From positions 34,923-98,922 of the IMG/VR virus record IMGVR_UViG_2791355221_000004: DNA of 64,000 bases. One strand, given 5' to 3'. The DNA comes from a virus. Its lineage: Duplodnaviria; Caudoviricetes. The notes beneath the pieces were generated by a model that was not told the DNA's origin, made no database searches, and saw only the letters and a list, made by a program, of their open reading frames with translations. This document shows, piece by piece, positions 41,501 to 49,323 of the stretch (its first letter is position 1; each line of letters starts with the position of its first letter). A program made the position numbers and the translations under genes.

Positions 41501-41819
41501 ACCAACTATTAAATACCATACTGGCACTAATTCGGTTGGAAGTGCTCCCTTAGCAGAGAATGAAATGCCAGCTATTTTAAAACTAGGGGAAACCGTGTTG
41601 ACTAAAATGCAGTCCTTAAAACTACAGGATATCATGATCAAGCCGCTAGATTACCTAAGTGGGCTTATTAGCAGTGTAAAGTTACCATCTTTTAATCAAT
41701 CATCAAAAAATACCTCAAATGCCACAACATATAGTTTGTCGGGAGTTACAATTATGGCCAACAACCCTTCAGAATTATTCGAAGGCATTCAAAATCTTGT
41801 GAAATCGCATCATACTTAA
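35547..41819 (+). CDS. tail tape measure protein (TP901 family core)
   Basis: 2090 aa helical protein; EFARQG...ASDVF...ESSFTIGNSIKSI core. Confidence 0.9.
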   Translation: MPDTLRILIQASLNKATSITEINKAIKELSNNPSLQKIKVNVEIDSKILEVLSNFNKNINQITQSTLSQSNAMKDTIKTISQETQAVKDATEAQKRWNLERKKTVSDAQNNVKRVTETFGDGVNQQIKDTKFVSGGVVQTTTDIINQKKMLEEEKKIDAERVRNANETNKIRKALADKATQDENKRYNDFVAIKRAEYEALKKAKADAAALLAAQNKAEVDVLSLNRRYGTNGSNVDNAALNNYLSQIKALTPATSNFREEAARLTNEINKIGASAKVSSGHTLALGEALKSSLVKMTAFIVGGSLISAPFQFIREGITYVNELNKSLTELSIVYLKNQGEVAKYGEEFHKMGMEMGVATQELAKGAVEFARQGLSPEETAKRMASAIQYAKISSIDFTSSAKILTATVNSMGVDINRASDVFSAIGDSAATSASEVGEAMQRVGGSANSIGLEFEKVSSWIGQLSSSTRESSFTIGNSIKSIIARVQSLKEKGFDEEDGTKINQVSKALAEVGIRLVDEKGNFRNFGTVMDELGAKWGTLTSRQKAYISTTTAGSFQSSRFMNLMEGYSDSVKLYDIALTSAGISQKKFNLYQDGTEAKLTKLKNAFTGIFQSSFKSDEIGSLIQSLTSLTLCIDKVVKTVGLIPPVMFLATTAFLVFNTAMRASIATFAGGKLFTALATAGMQIQALSIFTTAYTGSAIAARVATIGLQVALTGGIALAVAAVTVGISKLVERHQQLAEQQKQLEDQQKKIATNWTNQKDKITELVAEYTKLDNATNNGKSFSDTAQQEKYYEVSKNLADLLPNLVHHIDEKGFAHLRSADAISKELVNTEKLTKLQNAKDLATANDDFKKILNDRRVLQSQLNTINRDIERGYSTATAGGKDYKVKTYSAAEIATLRLQAEAIGSQLESSTDSIHAKFSGLVGVLVQISGVKFGDDAKNQLSKFVENMDISQLSSDDLVKKLVQISSIMNRIKEIQSTDGLDKNDSLSMMSTQTDLLATSLNATSSQAKKFVNVMNGVKPSVDKSNELFENLNDTQKALQQQFEQTAESVKPLNDAIDTLNKEHQLSSSSIMELIKKYPELYDKISTENGQLVITKEAIESVRNAKLNELEVSIQSQKAQVDTQEQALVSKLAAYGVEIDAISNVAEAKKSLAEAEKNLNDSFNPNGSEMEQKGKLQDLGTLSNQILQIAKTKEALKALQDAAKTGFNFKNSTNTEKPKNEKEDTQANLHILTDFSKEEIDNINNVIKARDLNIKSLEKQVEVAKKTGNINVELELSNKLLIEQKAKLEDIATANSNLKKSADSVRDTYQSLSDQFSKGGVGFDAWFNDDASASSKYIEAIHAIEKSMQNIEGDGKNLSDTDKNRIKELENQRELYQKIFNQIQGIKQSWSGNLDEIQKVKDSIEGISGDISNVFKSEIDKVMDAASKAIDVTIDKLKKKLEANPNDNVILNTKDLTISIDEILAKLDEADGRYPNGFQVIDTSSDARAKLDNYKNTLLGLSNVISEMSKESSNNASQTKANIEKQIAFSQDLKSQIASMKQYISSMTTMYQQQEASISNQIKLHQKQYDLIIENLKKQLEIQDTFNMDEFSDSIDSIISDLNSLDGVYGKGNFIESTLGTREELDAFKAKIQDIAKAVSDYQNAAGNPSQNSIQNEIAFVNGLKLKIDGLNNTLRDTELQYKNEEKALENLITTQTKYYDDQIAAQQLALKNLDEQIEKEDRLKKLQDINDEISKTKADKRFSYIGADGNETLTFDKGKVGELEKQRDELLKQYQRDDLKKAIQDNIDTLEKAKQETIKKLQDQLDKTKQIHQIELDVQRLYIQNMQNLYQIAVNDVNGKIDKLKSSYDKEITNEQDRLTQLQAVHQQELASMNMYVGYLSSLDATLVANTQAKIDTLKIQLETERTNMINHWIDLNDITKTGSKKFNELVDEWNKSAISKLDSMVSGANARLIQMQQIMAAMSAMSGGGGGSSSSSSGSSPTIKYHTGTNSVGSAPLAENEMPAILKLGETVLTKMQSLKLQDIMIKPLDYLSGLISSVKLPSFNQSSKNTSNATTYSLSGVTIMANNPSELFEGIQNLVKSHHT

Positions 41820-41873
41820 ACATGGAGAAGCTAACCCCTTCTCCTTTTTCTATGGAAAGGAGGATTGCAATAA

Positions 41874-42728
41874 ATGACTATTATGGGCTTAAACTTCTAT
41901 GGAACTGAATTTTTTAGGAGTCCGTCAAACTCAGTAAATAATATCTATTATGGTGAACTAAAGAATGGCATATATGATGAAATTGAAATTCGTGAACGAA
42001 CAGATGTTGGTAAAACTAATATCAAAGATGCATGGCAGATCGATCATAGAGCAATCTTTAAGTTCTTAAATGATCTTGAAGGTGGAAATATACAAAATAG
42101 CGGACTAGAGATTGTAAGTTTTGCTATCAAGCGAAGAAAAGCAAGTGAACTAAATTCTATTACATTACATCATCTCCCATTTGTAAATAATCAGCAAATC
42201 GTATATACAGATTACACTCAACCGAATGAAGATTTAGTTTATAGCATTGTACCCATTGCAGAAAACAACTTAGAGGGTAAGAATGTTGATGTTTCAGTGA
42301 CATCCGATTTTGTAGGATGGTGGCTAGTGGATAAAAAGTGCGACTCTATCCTAGGATTCGATAAAGCAATGGAAAGTGTTGGGAATGTTGAGGCTACATT
42401 AAACCAAGGAAGAGTTGTAATTGAAACGTTATCTAAGTACCCCCAAGTGTATTATTTTGATAAAGAGTATGAGTCTTTCTCACTGAGTACAGTAATTATT
42501 CCTAGTGAATTTGAACGTAGCGGAAAGAGCTATGAAAAAATATTGAACACCTTCATTAAAGATCATCGACCATTTTTAGTTAAAAGTGACACAGGGAGAG
42601 CTTTTGTCTGTGACGTAAGCAACCCGCGATTAAGTAGTCCTTTGAACACATGGAAAAACTATGATTACGGTGTTCTAACTTTAGATTTTGTTGAGGTTCA
42701 ATCCGTCGATGAATATATGGCAGAGTAG
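41874..42728 (+). CDS. distal tail / baseplate protein
   Basis: Immediately after the tape measure gene. Confidence 0.6.
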   Translation: MTIMGLNFYGTEFFRSPSNSVNNIYYGELKNGIYDEIEIRERTDVGKTNIKDAWQIDHRAIFKFLNDLEGGNIQNSGLEIVSFAIKRRKASELNSITLHHLPFVNNQQIVYTDYTQPNEDLVYSIVPIAENNLEGKNVDVSVTSDFVGWWLVDKKCDSILGFDKAMESVGNVEATLNQGRVVIETLSKYPQVYYFDKEYESFSLSTVIIPSEFERSGKSYEKILNTFIKDHRPFLVKSDTGRAFVCDVSNPRLSSPLNTWKNYDYGVLTLDFVEVQSVDEYMAE

Positions 42729-42737
42729 AGGTGAGAT

Positions 42738-43916
42738 ATGCAATACTGCTCAGCAGATTTTCTGGCTGCAATGAAAAGCCCAATTAAGCAGATGTATTTG
42801 AAGTTCGAATTTTACGATTCTAACATGAAATATATAAGCGAATACACTAAACAAGTTACAAATAAAGATAGTGGTTCAATATCTTTAGATGGATCTAGAC
42901 CAATTAGAAGGAATTTTTCATTTAAGTTATTCAACAAAAAAAATGAGTTCAACTTTGGTGAAAATAATCTAATTTGGCTTGATAAACGCGTAAAGGTCTT
43001 TACTGGATTTAAAGTGAAAAGCGGAATTGTAGAGTATATACCTCAAGGTGTTTTTATATTAACAGAACCAGAGGATAGTCATACCACTGAGGGTAAAATC
43101 ACTACATTAAACGGTCAAGATAAAATGTTTTTATGTACAGATCGCAGAGGGAAATTTCGTACTGAAACAAAAATAGATGTTGGTGCAAATATTGGTTCTG
43201 TAATAAAGTTACTCGCCCAAAAAGTAGGGGAAACTCTCTTTAACTTTGATAGTGTAGCTGAGACTGTTCCTTATACGCTTACATATCAAACTTCTGACAA
43301 TATTTATAAAGCAATATCAGAATTAGCAGCGCTTTGCAAATCAGAAATCTATTATGATGTGAATGGGTATTTGAGGCTTCGAAAAATTGACTTAAATGAG
43401 TTTACACAATATCCACCTGTTTGGAGTTACTCATATGCAGACCCAAGTGAAAGATTTTATGCGGGTAATGTACGCAAACTAGATGAATCAAATCTCGCAA
43501 ATAGAATTATCGTTTTAGGAGGCTCATCACAAACAGCAGAATGTTCATTTGAAATTGTCGTTACAGAGTCCAATCCAATCTGGGCAGGTCATCCATACTC
43601 AATTGAAAAGATTGGTGAAGTCACTTATGAACATAATTCAGGCAATCCAGACAGTTTACTATCAACTACAGATGATTGTAAATACAGGGCTAAATATGAA
43701 CTGATGAACAGGCTTGGTTACACTGAAGTAGTTTCATTACAAATAAGTCCTAATTTCTTACATGAAGCTAATGATGTTATATATCTGGAGGACTCCGAAA
43801 ATTCAGTTACAGGAAAATACTTGCTTAGAAGTTTTTCGCTCCCGTTGACTCCACAGTTGATGTCATGTGAGTGTTTAAAATATCGAGAAGTGATATCAAA
43901 TTGGAATTTCATTTAA
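42738..43916 (+). CDS. baseplate hub-like protein
   Basis: IPQGVF...IYYDVNGYL...NRIIVLG pattern. Confidence 0.65.
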   Translation: MQYCSADFLAAMKSPIKQMYLKFEFYDSNMKYISEYTKQVTNKDSGSISLDGSRPIRRNFSFKLFNKKNEFNFGENNLIWLDKRVKVFTGFKVKSGIVEYIPQGVFILTEPEDSHTTEGKITTLNGQDKMFLCTDRRGKFRTETKIDVGANIGSVIKLLAQKVGETLFNFDSVAETVPYTLTYQTSDNIYKAISELAALCKSEIYYDVNGYLRLRKIDLNEFTQYPPVWSYSYADPSERFYAGNVRKLDESNLANRIIVLGGSSQTAECSFEIVVTESNPIWAGHPYSIEKIGEVTYEHNSGNPDSLLSTTDDCKYRAKYELMNRLGYTEVVSLQISPNFLHEANDVIYLEDSENSVTGKYLLRSFSLPLTPQLMSCECLKYREVISNWNFI

Positions 43917-43928
43917 GAAGGTTGATTT

Positions 43929-44198
43929 ATGGAGAATAAAGAATTTATTGCACTAATTGAAAATATTATTGATAACAAATTAAAAGAGTTGAACTTGCTT
44001 ACAGGTCAATGGAATCTCGGAACGGTAGTGCAGGTTAAAAATGCAAAGCTTCTCTCAGTATATGTAAATGGCTCACAGACTCCTCAAGATATACCATGTA
44101 ACCCAGATGTGACGTTTTCAGTTGGATCTAAGGTATTCGTTTTGTTCATTAATGGGAGAAGTACTGATAAGTATGTACCATTTAAAAGAGGAGTATAG
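43929..44198 (+). CDS. small baseplate/spike (OB-fold-like) protein
   Basis: GTVV...VGSKVFV pattern. Confidence 0.55.
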   Translation: MENKEFIALIENIIDNKLKELNLLTGQWNLGTVVQVKNAKLLSVYVNGSQTPQDIPCNPDVTFSVGSKVFVLFINGRSTDKYVPFKRGV

Positions 44199-44216
44199 CA
44201 GGAAGGAGAATGTAGT

Positions 44217-45224
44217 TTGGCTTTACAGAAACCATATAACATAAGTTTCAAAGGGTTAACTATTGCGGCAGGTGAAGTCAACAAACTGACTTGGCAAGTG
44301 TCAGGCGATTTAAGTGTTGCTTATCAAGTACGCGTGTTTAAAAACTCTGACAATATTTTAATTTATAACAGCTCAAAGATTACATCATTCGCTAATTCTC
44401 ATTCCATTCCAGCTAATTCCTTTTTGAATGGTCTAGAGTATAAGATTCAAGTTATAATTTGGAACGATGCAGGAGCAGGCATTTTCTCTGATTACGAGAT
44501 ATTTCAGACAAGTTCCAGACCAGTTGTAGGGGTTTCGCCCATAGGAACGGTTGGCTCTCAAACGTATAATTTTACTGCTACGTACTCCCAATTAGAGTCT
44601 GTCTCAATGCGCTCATGGATTTTTTACTTGTATGACGCAAATAAGCTGAAAATATTTCAGTCTGAAATTCAAACAAACACAAATATCCATTATTTAATTT
44701 CGGGTTTAAAATCAAATACCAATTATTATGTTGAATTTCAAACGACAAGTAATAAAGGATTAGTTGGAACAAGTGGACTAGTATCATTCTCAGTTAGTTA
44801 CTCTCAACCAAACATTAACACCAACCTTACTGCAGAAAATAACGAGAACGCAGGAATCAAATTAACTTGGAATACAATCCAAATTATAGGTTCAACATTG
44901 TCAGCTCCCATATTTATAAATGGGGAGAAGTTAAATGTTAGAAATGATGTCTTTTCCTTTAGTGAAGGCTTTCAGTTAACAAATAATTTCACATTAAAGC
45001 TATGGTTTGAAAATATTACTAGTAACGTAGATCTATTAGTCATTAAAGGGCAAAGCGGAACTATCAGTTTGCAGTATTGGAATGATCACAAGTTCCACTT
45101 ATTCAAAGATGTGTATGGATATAGATCACATAATGTAAGCTCTGAGCTAATTGGTTCAGGCTTTTTTGTATATATTCAACAAATAGACGGAGATATGAAC
45201 ATAGAAGGAGAGGTGGTTAAATAG
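44217..45224 (+). CDS. FN3-like tail/baseplate protein
   Basis: beta-rich; GLKSNTNYYVE. Confidence 0.6.
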   Translation: MALQKPYNISFKGLTIAAGEVNKLTWQVSGDLSVAYQVRVFKNSDNILIYNSSKITSFANSHSIPANSFLNGLEYKIQVIIWNDAGAGIFSDYEIFQTSSRPVVGVSPIGTVGSQTYNFTATYSQLESVSMRSWIFYLYDANKLKIFQSEIQTNTNIHYLISGLKSNTNYYVEFQTTSNKGLVGTSGLVSFSVSYSQPNINTNLTAENNENAGIKLTWNTIQIIGSTLSAPIFINGEKLNVRNDVFSFSEGFQLTNNFTLKLWFENITSNVDLLVIKGQSGTISLQYWNDHKFHLFKDVYGYRSHNVSSELIGSGFFVYIQQIDGDMNIEGEVVK

Positions 45225-45709
45225 TGGCAAACCTATCTAGTTTCCCTAATCAAATAGATGCATTTACTCTCAAGACTGAGATTCAAGCATCAGATGTGCC
45301 ATTAATTCAGAGATTTCAAGAATTAAAGCTAAAGTCAAGCAGAATACCATCTGAGGAAACCGAATTAGCCAACCTAACCAATCAGTTGCGTTCAAAACTA
45401 ATTGCTGCTGATGAGTGGAATAAGTTTCAAGATGCGCTAGTTAATATGGAACAATTTCTCACTACAAATATTACAGGGTATGTAGCAACTAAACAAAATG
45501 AAATTAATGCAACTAAAGATGCTGCGCTTACACTAATTGAACAGAAAAAAAATAACATTATTGCCTATATGGATGGAACAACAGCAGGTGCAATTCGCAA
45601 TGATATGGGTGATTTAACTACTCTAACAACCACAGATAAAACTTCTTTGGTCAATGCTATCAAAGAAGTCAAAGCAAATATAGAAATTCTCTACTGGATG
45701 GGGGTTTAA
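45224..45709 (+). CDS. tail fibre N-terminal / baseplate protein
   Basis: SSFPNQID start; GDLTTLTTTDKTSLVNAIKEV motif. Confidence 0.65.
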   Translation: MANLSSFPNQIDAFTLKTEIQASDVPLIQRFQELKLKSSRIPSEETELANLTNQLRSKLIAADEWNKFQDALVNMEQFLTTNITGYVATKQNEINATKDAALTLIEQKKNNIIAYMDGTTAGAIRNDMGDLTTLTTTDKTSLVNAIKEVKANIEILYWMGV

Positions 45710-45713
45710 AAAA

Positions 45714-46043
45714 ATGATAAATACACCAAAGAGGCTATATGTTGGTCAACCAACAACAGCAGCTACAACTTTATATACAGTTCCAGCAAATACAACCACT
45801 ATAGTTAAGAATATTTTAATTACAAATACGACTGCAACCTCATCAAACATCACTATCTACGCAGTCCCAAATAGTCAGACTGTAGGCAATCAACACAAGA
45901 TTCTTGCTGCCTACACAGTAAAAGGAAACGATACTATCAGTATGGATGTATCACTCGTAGTATCATCAAATGATACTATTCAAGCTTTGCAAGGAACATC
46001 TGCTGCTATTTCTATCTATGTTTCAGGAGTTGAGATTGTATGA
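45714..46043 (+). CDS. small tail-associated protein
   Basis: TLYTVPANTTTIVKNI motif common in phage tail modules. Confidence 0.65.
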   Translation: MINTPKRLYVGQPTTAATTLYTVPANTTTIVKNILITNTTATSSNITIYAVPNSQTVGNQHKILAAYTVKGNDTISMDVSLVVSSNDTIQALQGTSAAISIYVSGVEIV

Positions 46044-47083
46044 GTATTAAACGCCTAAGTGCTATGACTGTTAAACCAACAACAGCAACAGGAAATGCTA
46101 CTGCAGGAGATGTAAGAGCGACTAAAACTTTTTCATCAGACGCAGATGTTGATTTGATGGGGAGTGTACCAGATCGTGGAGCAGTAATAATCACACCAAG
46201 CGGAACAAATCAAATTGCAATTCCTGATGGAATTCATTCTGGAAGCGTGGTTTCACAAGTTTCTGTCCCTGCAAACAAAGTATTAACAGGTACTACGATA
46301 GCTGGTACTGCAGGGACAATGACAAATAACGGAACACCCACGATTGTTCCAACAAGAAGCAATATAACTTTGGCAGAGGGCTATTACGGCCCAACAACGA
46401 CAGTTCAAGGTGTCCCTGTAGATGCTTCAAAAGTATTGAGCGGAACTACAATTGCAGGCACAGCAGGAACAATGCCAAATCAGCCAGTACTAAATGCTGC
46501 TACTGGTCACGCTACAGCACTTAACAGTTCAGCAGGCCAATACACAGCAGGCAATCCAAATGTTCGTTGCTATCTCATGCCTCCTGCTGGATACTATGAT
46601 GGTGCTACGTGGGTTGCACAAGATCAGCCTGCTATTATTCCTTCGAACATTGCAAGTGATGTTACAATTCTCGGTGTTACTGGAAACGTTCCGAAACCCG
46701 TCTATGTGTCTTTACCTACTCCCAGATATGTACAGAACTTCAATGGTACTTCCGAGATCTTGAAATCTGCCCAAATTAACGTAACTGGACAGATATCAAT
46801 CTCTATGAACCTCGGTAGCACCTATAACAATGGGGTATATGCATATCTGTTTCTTTATAAAAACGGTTTACGAATTGGAAATCCCGATGGTTATTACTCG
46901 AATCAACCTTATCCCGGTCTTGCTGTAGGTTTATCGATAGCAGTAAATGCAGGAGACGTAATTGAGGTCTCGGCTAGAGCCGAGAGTTCCTCAGGGGGAG
47001 CTACGGTGGGTAACTTTCTTATCACTAACACCTTATCATCCCCTACGAATGCCTCAAATCTTAAAGAGGGAGGTAGATCATGA
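46040..47083 (+). CDS. tail fibre / receptor-binding protein
   Basis: Repeated KVL.GTTIAGTAGTM motifs and a divergent C-terminal domain. Confidence 0.7.
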   Translation: MSIKRLSAMTVKPTTATGNATAGDVRATKTFSSDADVDLMGSVPDRGAVIITPSGTNQIAIPDGIHSGSVVSQVSVPANKVLTGTTIAGTAGTMTNNGTPTIVPTRSNITLAEGYYGPTTTVQGVPVDASKVLSGTTIAGTAGTMPNQPVLNAATGHATALNSSAGQYTAGNPNVRCYLMPPAGYYDGATWVAQDQPAIIPSNIASDVTILGVTGNVPKPVYVSLPTPRYVQNFNGTSEILKSAQINVTGQISISMNLGSTYNNGVYAYLFLYKNGLRIGNPDGYYSNQPYPGLAVGLSIAVNAGDVIEVSARAESSSGGATVGNFLITNTLSSPTNASNLKEGGRS

Positions 47084-47295
47084 TCCAGAATACACTAACA
47101 ACAATTCCATTTAAAACTCAAGCAGAGTTTGACCAAATCATGATCGCGAATAAGAACAATATTCTGGTGGTATATAATGACCTGATGGAAGGTAAATCTC
47201 TAGTGTTCAGTGATGATGCTCAAGGGAAATATGTCAAGAAGCTGGAAGACCAACTACTTCTTTTATCAGACGAATTAAGCGGAGGTATCCTATGA
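47080..47295 (+). CDS. small tail fibre chaperone-like protein
   Basis: Coupled to the fibre gene. Confidence 0.6.
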   Translation: MIQNTLTTIPFKTQAEFDQIMIANKNNILVVYNDLMEGKSLVFSDDAQGKYVKKLEDQLLLLSDELSGGIL

Positions 47296-47462
47296 CAAAT
47301 CCTTTAGTGGTTCAGGTAATAGCAGAGCGTATCATGAACAAAGGAATAAACCCAAAAACTGCTGGAGTCTATACTCTTGATGAGATCACTAACGAGGAAT
47401 ATAGGCAGGCAGTAGTTGATTATCAAAACAGTCTAAGAGCAATCGTCCCGATTCCGAAGTAA
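47292..47462 (+). CDS. small phage protein (CD1375-like position)
   Basis: Own translation MTNPLVVQVIAERIMNKGINPKTAGVYTLDEITNEEYRQAV; GGAGG RBS. Confidence 0.6.
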   Translation: MTNPLVVQVIAERIMNKGINPKTAGVYTLDEITNEEYRQAVVDYQNSLRAIVPIPK

Positions 47463-47565
47463 CAGCAGCCAAAGTAGAACTTGAACGACTCAACACTGAA
47501 CTTGCTAAGTTTGAGGCAAAGAAAGCTGAATTGGAGAAGAAGTAGTAGTTAAAAATTATAGACTA

Positions 47566-47592
47566 AAGCTGCTCAAAATTGAGTGGCTTTTT
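47566..47592 (+). terminator. terminator ending the tail operon
   Basis: AAGCTGCTCAA/TTGAGTGGCTT followed by a T run. Confidence 0.7.
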
Positions 47593-47837
47593 TATTGTAT
47601 GAAAACCATATCAAATATTGTACTATTTTAGTAGACATTAATCTCATATTTCAGGACATGAAAAATCGTGGACATAGACATAGGTAATTTGATATACTAA
47701 ATTTAGTTGGTAAAAGTGCCCTTTTTATATACTCTTACTAGCTATAGATTCTAAAGAGATTCAGAACAGAATCTAGCATAGAATCAAAATTGAATCATAA
47801 ACATAGTTCTAGGGTAACTTACCTTAGGAGGTGTTTT

Positions 47838-48014
47838 ATGAGTAAGAGGAGAGTGAAAAAAATGGCTACTCAAATTGCTGCAACACCAATTGTGACTGGA
47901 AAAAAAGCAAGAGAAATCATGAAATCTATTAAAAATCAACCAAGCGAGAAGTCAAAGAAGAACGGGCAAGCGCTAATTGATTTTTTTAAGAGTTTCGAAA
48001 CAAAGGGGAAGTAA
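47838..48014 (+). CDS. small putative antitoxin of the GNAT toxin
   Basis: AGGAGG RBS; ATPIVTGKKA motif; 6 bp upstream of the GNAT gene. Confidence 0.6.
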   Translation: MSKRRVKKMATQIAATPIVTGKKAREIMKSIKNQPSEKSKKNGQALIDFFKSFETKGK

Positions 48015-48020
48015 TGTGTT

Positions 48021-48620
48021 TTGAATCTTCCTGATAATTATACGTTGTCTAGATTAAGTATTGAAGATGAAAAAACATTGAGATCTTTCAATTGTTATAA
48101 TGAAAAAGAATACTCTAAACTAGAACCTAGAACTAAAAAAAGACTTTCAAAAATTACTAAAGAAATGAATTCCTTTTTAGTAAAAGAAGCATATATAGAA
48201 CAAGAATCAGCACTTAATACAACTTTTTTATTATACCATAATAGAGATTTGGCAGGATACATATCTTTATGTGCGGATAGCATCAAATTACAGTTAAAGG
48301 AAAGAGATTCTGATAATATTCCGTATGAAACAATCCCCTCTCTGAAGGTTGCTCGACTTGCGATAAGCAAAGACTTTCAAAAAAAGGGATTAGGTAAACT
48401 TCTGCTCAAATACTCCATTTATAAAGCCTTACTAATGAGAAAAGATTTCTGTGGTATCAAATTTCTTACTTTGGATTGTTTTCAACATCGATTATCATAT
48501 TATGAAGCTTTAGGGTTTAAGAAAAATCTAAATCAAGATGTGCGAGATTTAGGTGTAAATTTCGCTCCAATAAGTCTTAGACTTCATATTGATAATTTTT
48601 TGGAAAGCCAAGATTTTTAA
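48021..48620 (+). CDS. GNAT acetyltransferase (TacT/AtaT-like toxin)
   Basis: FNC...LAGYISL...PSLKVARLAISKDFQKKGLGKLLL...LTLD...YYEALGF. Confidence 0.85.
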   Translation: MNLPDNYTLSRLSIEDEKTLRSFNCYNEKEYSKLEPRTKKRLSKITKEMNSFLVKEAYIEQESALNTTFLLYHNRDLAGYISLCADSIKLQLKERDSDNIPYETIPSLKVARLAISKDFQKKGLGKLLLKYSIYKALLMRKDFCGIKFLTLDCFQHRLSYYEALGFKKNLNQDVRDLGVNFAPISLRLHIDNFLESQDF

Positions 48621-48710
48621 GTCACTTCCTCATGGAGTGGCTTTTTTGTATTCCCAATAAAAGAGGAGTTTTATCGTAAATAAACATGTTTGAGAACAGT
48701 AGTACTATGA

Positions 48711-49055
48711 GTGAGCAAAAACGAGGTGAATATTTTGGGGAATGAGTTAACTGAAAGTGAACGCTTAGCAATTGTAGAAACACAATTAAAGAATGTATTA
48801 GAAGGAATGGCTTCACTCACAAAATCATTTACTCGTCTTGAGGAGAAATTAGATCGTCGTGAAGAAAATTTTGTAACAACAGTATTATTGGATGAAAAGT
48901 TCAGGTTGCGTGATGATAAAATTGACGGATTACAAAAAGCCATCGTTGATATCAGATCCGAGAAACAATCAAATAAAAATAATTTGCCTGTTTGGTTAAG
49001 CATACTGCCATCACTAGCCGCTGTTGTTGTAGCCATCATTGCTATTTATAAATAA
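48711..49055 (+). CDS. XhlA-like coiled-coil membrane lysis protein
   Basis: ERLAIVETQL coiled coil plus C-terminal TM. Confidence 0.6.
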   Translation: MSKNEVNILGNELTESERLAIVETQLKNVLEGMASLTKSFTRLEEKLDRREENFVTTVLLDEKFRLRDDKIDGLQKAIVDIRSEKQSNKNNLPVWLSILPSLAAVVVAIIAIYK

Positions 49056-49070
49056 AAAGGAGAATGAAAA

Positions 49071-49283
49071 ATGAATATTGATAAAGTTAAAGTGCTACGT
49101 TACGTTTCACTTCTATTTATTATTTTAGGAATTTTCAATAAAATTTCTGGACATTTTGGGTATGAGTTGCCTGAAGCTGAATTGGAATTTTGGGCAGATG
49201 TAGTTAGCGCTGTAGCGACCCTAATCTTCGGTATTACTCTAGATAGTAAAGTGATCCAATCATTATTTAAAGGTAAGGTTTAG
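49071..49283 (+). CDS. holin
   Basis: 70 aa, two TM segments, lysis region. Confidence 0.65.
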   Translation: MNIDKVKVLRYVSLLFIILGIFNKISGHFGYELPEAELEFWADVVSAVATLIFGITLDSKVIQSLFKGKV

Positions 49284-49323
49284 AGAGTTAAGTAAAAATA
49301 ATAATAGAAAGGAGTAATGTGAA